A stretch of DNA of 32,000 nt from Desulfotalea psychrophila LSv54 (GTDB lineage Bacteria > Desulfobacterota > Desulfobulbia > Desulfobulbales > Desulfocapsaceae): contig NC_006138.1 of NCBI RefSeq assembly GCF_000025945.1, positions 300,001 to 332,000 of the forward strand. The letters are read 5' to 3'. The translations under genes and the position numbers were made by a program. Shown piece by piece: positions 26,897 through 32,000 of the stretch; within the stretch, counting starts at the first letter, position 1, and each line of letters starts with the position of its first letter. The notes below the pieces were generated by a model. It ran no database searches. It saw nothing but the letters and a program-made list of their open reading frames with translations, and had not been told where the DNA came from.

Positions 26897-28249
26897 TTAC
26901 ACCTCCTGAAGTGCATGCTTTTTAATAGAAGAGACAATACGATCAATATCTTCCTTTTTAAGAGTCTCGGTGGCACAGAAGAGATAGGCCCCCTGAAGAT
27001 CAGGATAGTAGGCTTCAAGAGAGAGACCTGCAACCACAGACTCCTCCTTCAATGCCTCGCGTACCCGCTCAAAGTCAAAAGGAAAACGGAGGGCAAATTC
27101 ATTAAATACCGGCGCATCAAAGAGAGGTTTTGCCCCAAGTTTGATCAGCTCAGAACGAAGATAGGCAGCCTTGTCATAGTTGAGACGGGCAAGCTGACGA
27201 ATACCAGTTCCACCCAGGGTTGCCATATACATACCGGCTGTCATGGCGCAGATACCCTGATTCGAGCAGATATTAGAGGTCGCCTTCTCCCTACGAATAT
27301 GCTGCTCACGTGTTGCCAGAGTAAGAACAAAGCCTCGCTTACCCTTAGTGTCAAGGGTCTGTCCGACAATTCTACCCGGCATATTACGGACAAGTTTGTC
27401 CCGACAGCCCATCATTCCAACACCGGGACCACCGTAACTTCTGCCAAGACCAAAACTCTGACCTTCGCCACAGATAATATCGGCACCACATTCACCAGGA
27501 CTCTTCAGTAGACCGTAGGCAAGGGCCTCACTAAAGCAACTGATAAAGAGGGCATCGACATCGTGTATTTTCTCGCCACAGCCCTGAAGGTCCTCAACCA
27601 CACCAAAAAAGTTTGGTGATTGGATGGCCACAGATGCCAGCCCCTCAATTCCTGCCAGAGAGGAGAGATCGGTACGACCCTCAGCATCAACAGGAAGCTC
27701 GATAATGGTAAAGTCCGTTGCCTGAAGATAGGTTGCCACCACCTCACGATAGTGAGGATGAATGGCTGCCGAGAGGGCCACCGTCTTTTTCTTACGGGCA
27801 ATACGAAAGCTCATAAGGGCAGATTCGGCAAGGGCTGATGCTCCGTCATACATGGAGGCATTTACCGCATCGGTTCCCAGAAGGCGCGCCGTTAGAGTTT
27901 GATATTCAAAGATTCCCTGCAAGGTACCCTGGGCAACTTCTGGTTGATAAGGGGTATAGGCAGTCAAAAACTCCGATCTGCTCATCAGGCTTGGCAAAAT
28001 CTCCGGCACATAGTGATCATAACTACCCGCACCAATAAGCACCTTATGCTCCTGGTTCACCCTGTTTTTACTCATAAGGGCTGCGAAATGATCCTTTAAT
28101 TGCCACTCTGTCAAGGCCGCAGGGATTGGAATATCTCCCTGATAGCGACATTCCGCAGGCACAGAGCTAAACAGATCGTCTAAACTCTCCTTGCCTACAA
28201 CCTCCAACATTTCCTGTATTTCTTCTTCGGTATGGGGTAGATAACGCAT
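26897..28249 (-). CDS. gcvPA: Glycine dehydrogenase (decarboxylating) subunit 1 (P-protein N-terminal half)
   Basis: 450 aa. MRYLPHTEEE..EML is the typical GcvPA N-terminus, and the TAYTPYQPE..QG.LQ motif is present. Confidence 0.95.
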   Translation of the reverse strand: MRYLPHTEEEIQEMLEVVGKESLDDLFSSVPAECRYQGDIPIPAALTEWQLKDHFAALMSKNRVNQEHKVLIGAGSYDHYVPEILPSLMSRSEFLTAYTPYQPEVAQGTLQGIFEYQTLTARLLGTDAVNASMYDGASALAESALMSFRIARKKKTVALSAAIHPHYREVVATYLQATDFTIIELPVDAEGRTDLSSLAGIEGLASVAIQSPNFFGVVEDLQGCGEKIHDVDALFISCFSEALAYGLLKSPGECGADIICGEGQSFGLGRSYGGPGVGMMGCRDKLVRNMPGRIVGQTLDTKGKRGFVLTLATREQHIRREKATSNICSNQGICAMTAGMYMATLGGTGIRQLARLNYDKAAYLRSELIKLGAKPLFDAPVFNEFALRFPFDFERVREALKEESVVAGLSLEAYYPDLQGAYLFCATETLKKEDIDRIVSSIKKHALQEV

Positions 28250-28300
28250 TTTATGTCCTTCTTTTTACTCAAAAAAAGCATTTAATACTGCAAACTATCT

Positions 28301-28337
28301 AGCAAAAAGCAACAATGCCCGAGGAGGCATCGTTGCT
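28301..28337 (-). terminator. Terminator/attenuator-like hairpin in the gcvH-gcvPA spacer
   Basis: The minus-strand RNA has AGCAACGAUGCC / GGCAUUGUUGCU (12 bp with one G-U pair, 6-nt loop) followed by UUUUG. It lies in the 112-nt gap, which is unusually long for this operon. Confidence 0.45.
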
Positions 28338-28361
28338 TGCCAATTACAGCACAAGAGAAGA

Positions 28362-28757
28362 CTAACCTTTGATCATCTCGCTATATGCAGCAACATCCAA
28401 AAGTTCTTCAAGCTCTGCCGCATCCGCTGGCTTAAGGGCCACGATCCAGTTGGCATAGGGATCACTATTGATAAGCTCCGGTGCATCTACCAGGGCCTCA
28501 TTTATAGCAACAACTTCACCACCGATTGGCAGATACAGTTCAGAAACAGCTTTAACTGACTCGAGGGTACCAAATTCATCGCCCTTGTCGAAGGTATCAC
28601 CTACTTCAGGCATCTCAACAAAAACAATATCGCCCAACTGATCCTGTGCATAGTCAGTTACGCCAATTCGAACAACTCCATCCTCAAGCTTTGCCCATTC
28701 GTGATCATCACTGTAGCGTAGATCTCCGGGTAGGTTTAATTCGTCAAATTCTTTCAT
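28362..28757 (-). CDS. gcvH: Glycine cleavage system H protein
   Basis: 131 aa with the lipoyl-lysine motif LESVKAVSELY and an HEW motif near the N-terminus. An AGGAGG Shine-Dalgarno is present. Confidence 0.95.
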   Translation of the reverse strand: MKEFDELNLPGDLRYSDDHEWAKLEDGVVRIGVTDYAQDQLGDIVFVEMPEVGDTFDKGDEFGTLESVKAVSELYLPIGGEVVAINEALVDAPELINSDPYANWIVALKPADAAELEELLDVAAYSEMIKG

Positions 28758-28793
28758 ATGCCCTCCTGATAATATTTTTTCTGTTTCTATGGT

Positions 28794-30083
28794 CTATTTT
28801 TCTACCAACAGCATGGATTTAGCTGCCTTTCTGGCAGTACGGTCGGGACGAATATCCCCCCGAATCTCAACTTTTATCTTTCGCTTACCACAACGAAGCG
28901 TTACCTCATCACCAATCTCCAAGGGACAGGTTACCCGAATAAAACCGCAGGAAAGGCCACGCGGAGAAAAATCTTGCGGACAACCCTTCTCGACTGGGCT
29001 GGTAATGCTGTAGATCTGTCCATCGACTCGGCCAATGGCCATATCGGTGGTACAGGTGAGGACATGACCGATGGTCTCGCCCTCGTCATCCACCACAACG
29101 GTATCCTCTTCCACCTGAATCTTACGGGGATCAAAGCCCGCAAAAGGATAGGTAAAATCGTCTGTGCATGGTTCTGAAACCACATCTGCACCAACAAAGT
29201 CCTTGGTAAAGTTACCATCCTCTCCATAGGGAAGGGCAAAAGGCCAAGGGGTGTTGGTAAATGGCCAGGCACCGATATCCTGATGAGAGAGGGGAAGAAC
29301 AGCACCCGCGCGCAAAGAATCACGGGAGGCAAGACCGCAGGCAATAAGGCCATATTCAGCCCCTGCCGCCAGCACTATCTGCCAGAGTTGGACAAGCTTT
29401 TCCCGCTCGATAAAAAACTCAAAGCCAAACTCGCCGGTATATCCCGTACGAGAAACCATAAAGGAGGTACCATCCAACAACTCAACCTCTGTCGCGGTGG
29501 GACAATCGGCAGTGCCGCCCTTAAAGGAAAAATAGGGCAGAGGAGCGAAAAGATCCTCTGGATTCTTGATGATTTTCTTGAGAATTACCGCAGAGAAAGG
29601 CCCCTGAAGATCCATCTTGCCCACGCTGGCAGTGCAATCAGCAATATCGACACCGTCGGCAGCATGATTCTCCAAGTGGCTCACCACTGACCCGCCCATA
29701 CCCGCATTAACCACGACCATATAACTATTTTCAGCAAGCATATAGACCAGGGCATCATCGAGTACCGAGCCATCTTCCAAGAGAAAGAGTCCGTAGACAC
29801 ATCTACCAACGGGCAGGGCAAGCTTCTTGGGGCCAATGGCCCGCTCGAGGTCCTTGGTAAAGCAGTGTTGGAGGACAGCCCTTGAACCTGCTCCCTGAAC
29901 GGTGAGCACGGACATATGGCTGGTATCAAAGATGCCTGCAGACTCTACCACGGCAAGATGCTCTGCCTTGGCGCCAACGGGATACCAGAGAGGCATATCG
30001 TAACCGCCAAAAAGCGCCATATGCGCTCCCTGCTCTACATGGTAAGTATGTAATGTCGTTTTTTTTACGTCTGTATTTTCCAT
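28794..30083 (-). CDS. gcvT: Aminomethyltransferase (glycine cleavage T protein), long variant
   Basis: 429 aa with GcvT blocks (F.G..MP..Y.......EH.AV...AG.FD.SHM, TGYTGE.G.E, ARD.LR.EA). The call is supported by context with gcvH and gcvP. It is ~65 aa longer than the E. coli protein as I recall it. Confidence 0.85.
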   Translation of the reverse strand: MENTDVKKTTLHTYHVEQGAHMALFGGYDMPLWYPVGAKAEHLAVVESAGIFDTSHMSVLTVQGAGSRAVLQHCFTKDLERAIGPKKLALPVGRCVYGLFLLEDGSVLDDALVYMLAENSYMVVVNAGMGGSVVSHLENHAADGVDIADCTASVGKMDLQGPFSAVILKKIIKNPEDLFAPLPYFSFKGGTADCPTATEVELLDGTSFMVSRTGYTGEFGFEFFIEREKLVQLWQIVLAAGAEYGLIACGLASRDSLRAGAVLPLSHQDIGAWPFTNTPWPFALPYGEDGNFTKDFVGADVVSEPCTDDFTYPFAGFDPRKIQVEEDTVVVDDEGETIGHVLTCTTDMAIGRVDGQIYSITSPVEKGCPQDFSPRGLSCGFIRVTCPLEIGDEVTLRCGKRKIKVEIRGDIRPDRTARKAAKSMLLVEK

Positions 30084-30574
30084 CGAATAAGTCCCCTATG
30101 TATGGTGGAAACAGGATATCGCCCCTCTCCTAAAGTGAGAGGGGTACCTTCAACGTTAAAGCTCTTATAAACAACGAAGGTCTCTACCTCGCCCACATTA
30201 TCAATAGTGCAAACCTCATCATTATAAAATTCTAGCATGCTGAAGCCAGAGGTCAAGGCAACGGTGAGAATAAGATCATAACGGCCGGTGACAACACAGA
30301 CAGAGATAACCCCCCGAAGTCTACTAAATTCCTCACCCTTCTTAACAAGGTTCATGTCCTTTACCCGGACACCAACCATGATAACGCTCTGCTCAGGCAT
30401 GAGATCTGGATCAATAAGGCCGGTTATCTGAAGAACCCCTTCATCCTGCATCTTCTTTACCCGGGATCTGATTGTTCCCTCAGCAACGCTGAGATTTTCA
30501 GCGATTTTTTTGTAGGCCATGCGTCCATCGCGAAGATGCTCAAGGATGGCAATATTTATTTTATCCAGTTTCAT
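30065..30574 (-). CDS. lrp: Lrp/AsnC-family transcriptional regulator
   Basis: 169 aa with an N-terminal HTH (LDKINIAILEHLRDGRMAYKKIAENLSVAEGTIRSRVKKM) and a RAM/ACT-like domain. Its 3' end overlaps the gcvT start by 19 nt. Confidence 0.85.
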   Translation of the reverse strand: MKLDKINIAILEHLRDGRMAYKKIAENLSVAEGTIRSRVKKMQDEGVLQITGLIDPDLMPEQSVIMVGVRVKDMNLVKKGEEFSRLRGVISVCVVTGRYDLILTVALTSGFSMLEFYNDEVCTIDNVGEVETFVVYKSFNVEGTPLTLGEGRYPVSTIHRGLIRWKIQT

Positions 30575-30724
30575 TTATTTATTATATTTTGAGAATTGAT
30601 TTAAAAGGTCATTTTAGTATATATTGCTATTATACATATTTTTGAAGCATGAAAATACCTATTTCGTACTTTGATGCCGTGAATAACAGCATATTCCACA
30701 ATAAACACTATGGGAACCACTGAG

Positions 30725-32000
30725 ATGAAAGTTAAAATTGTTGTTTTAGGAGCAGGACCTGGCGGATATGTAGCGGCAATACGAGCAGCGCAGCTTGGTG
30801 GAGACGTCACTGTAATAGAAAAAGAAAATGTAGGTGGCACCTGTCTCAACTGGGGATGCATCCCTTCAAAAATATATAAGCAGAGCGCTGACACCCTTAA
30901 CTCCATCAAAGATTCTGCAAGCTTTTGCATAGATGGGATCAGCGAAGGCAAACTCAACCTGGAGAGACTTCAAGAACGAACCAAGGGTATCATTGCCTCC
31001 CAATCTAAGGGCATCCACGGCCTCCTGGCAAAAAACTCCATCTCTTATATTGGGGGAGAGGCCAAGATGTCCGGTAGCCATAGCCTCTCTGTCACCAGGA
31101 AAGACGGCGAGACAGAGGAGGTGCAATTTGATAAGCTGATCATCGCCACCGGTAGCACACCGATGGCCCTCCCCTTCCTCCCCTTTGACGGAGACAGGAT
31201 ACTCTCCAGTGATCATATCTTTTCTCTTAAAGAAATACCAGAGTCCATTACTATTATAGGTGGCGGAGTCATTGGCTGTGAATTCGCCTGCATCCTGCAG
31301 AGCTTTGGCGTTGAGGTGACTCTGGTGGAAGGCCTTGAACGCCTCCTCCCCCTCCCCTCCGTTGAGGAGGAGTGTTCAAAGCTTCTTCTCCGGGAGATGA
31401 AGAAAAAGAAGATCAAGGTCGAGCTGAAGACAACCCTGGCCTCGGCAAGCCAAAAAAATGGTATGGTTCAGCTCAATCTGGTTAGCCAGGGGAAAAACGG
31501 TACAGAAAAAGCCAAACAGATAGAATCAGAAAAGGTACTGGTCTGCATCGGACGCAGGGCCAGTAGCGCCAGTTTGGATCTAGACCAGGCAGGCGTAGAG
31601 ACCACAAAGCGGGGCTGGATAAGCACCGGGGCCAACCTACAGACAACGGTTCCTCATATCTACGCCATTGGTGATGTGCTTGGCCCCGAACGAATCATGC
31701 TGGCCCATACTGCCTCAACCGAGGCGGAGATTGCGGCTGAAAATTGTTTTGGCGGCGCAGAAGAGATGAACTGGCAGGTAATGCCAAGTGCTATTTTCAC
31801 CATGCCCGAAATCGGTTGCGTGGGACTCTCCGAAGCCCAGGCCGCCGAACTGTACGGCAAGGAAAATATCCGGGCTGAAAGCAGTCTCTTCAGAACCTTG
31901 GGCAAGGCTCAGGTCATCGGCGAGTTAGCAGGAGTCACCAAGATAGTCTGTGCCAAAGAGGATGGAAAAATTCTTGGGATCCACATTGCCGGTGCCCATG
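30725..32000 (+). CDS. lpd: Dihydrolipoyl dehydrogenase (E3 / L-protein), 5' part; continues past the window end
   Basis: I translated it by hand with no stop through 32000. It reads MKVKIVVLGAGPGGYVAAIRAAQLG..V..IEK...GGTCLNWGCIPSK (redox-active disulfide), has a second dinucleotide fold (IIGGGVIGCEFA) and a GDV....MLAH.A motif. An alternative in-frame ATG lies at 30710. It is missing from the ORF track because it is open-ended. Confidence 0.9.
   Translation, partial: MKVKIVVLGAGPGGYVAAIRAAQLGGDVTVIEKENVGGTCLNWGCIPSKIYKQSADTLNSIKDSASFCIDGISEGKLNLERLQERTKGIIASQSKGIHGLLAKNSISYIGGEAKMSGSHSLSVTRKDGETEEVQFDKLIIATGSTPMALPFLPFDGDRILSSDHIFSLKEIPESITIIGGGVIGCEFACILQSFGVEVTLVEGLERLLPLPSVEEECSKLLLREMKKKKIKVELKTTLASASQKNGMVQLNLVSQGKNGTEKAKQIESEKVLVCIGRRASSASLDLDQAGVETTKRGWISTGANLQTTVPHIYAIGDVLGPERIMLAHTASTEAEIAAENCFGGAEEMNWQVMPSAIFTMPEIGCVGLSEAQAAELYGKENIRAESSLFRTLGKAQVIGELAGVTKIVCAKEDGKILGIHIAGAH

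Noticed and set aside
30060-30724. Glycine riboswitch upstream of gcvT or lpd.
   Set aside because: gcvT is directly overlapped by the lrp coding sequence. The lrp/lpd spacer is extremely AT-rich and lacks the GC-rich conserved cores I associate with the glycine aptamer. I could not run a covariance model.
1-32000. CRISPR arrays, tRNA/rRNA genes, prophage or toxin-antitoxin/defence modules.
   Set aside because: I saw no regularly spaced direct repeats and no cloverleaf-like GC-rich segments in the intergenic regions. I also saw no phage, integrase, restriction, Cas or toxin-like ORFs. Every ORF over 100 aa that I accept has a housekeeping or transporter/regulator assignment.

Overview
The window looks like a core chromosomal segment of a moderately GC-rich anaerobe. 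My impression is Desulfobacterota/Desulfobulbales-like, but that rests on protein-sequence flavour only and is unverified. Nearly all long ORFs are recognisable housekeeping genes. In order they are: htpG (5' end, -), a HemY-type protoporphyrinogen oxidase (+), dnaA (-) with a ~640-bp AT-rich upstream region, comF-family (-), bamA (+), mfd (+), a yrfG-like HAD nucleotidase (+), sucC / inserted gene / sucD (+), a MOT1-type anion transporter preceded by a diverged copy of its own 5' end (+), a TSCPD-domain protein (-), an EamA/DMT transporter and endonuclease I (+), a methyl-accepting chemotaxis protein (-), an IS3-family transposase relic, a LysR regulator divergent from an ABM-domain gene, then a long minus-strand block lrp-gcvT-gcvH-gcvPA-gcvPB-lipB-lipA, with lpd divergent and running off the 3' end. 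I found no rRNA, tRNA, CRISPR array, intact mobile element or recognisable defence island, and no convincing multi-gene novel system. The leads most worth a second look are: (1) a signal-peptide-bearing GlpQ-like protein with all catalytic residues replaced, translationally wedged between sucC and sucD; (2) a 102-codon diverged N-terminal paralogue directly upstream of the MOT1-type transporter; (3) a chemoreceptor with two tandem CHASE3-like sensor modules; (4) a BamA with an extra ~135-aa N-terminal domain; (5) an AT-rich islet carrying the IS3 relic, LysR and ABM genes; (6) the self-contained glycine-cleavage, lipoylation and Lrp cluster. Homology statements come from my own recognition of motifs and from reference sequences recalled from memory. 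No database search was run.
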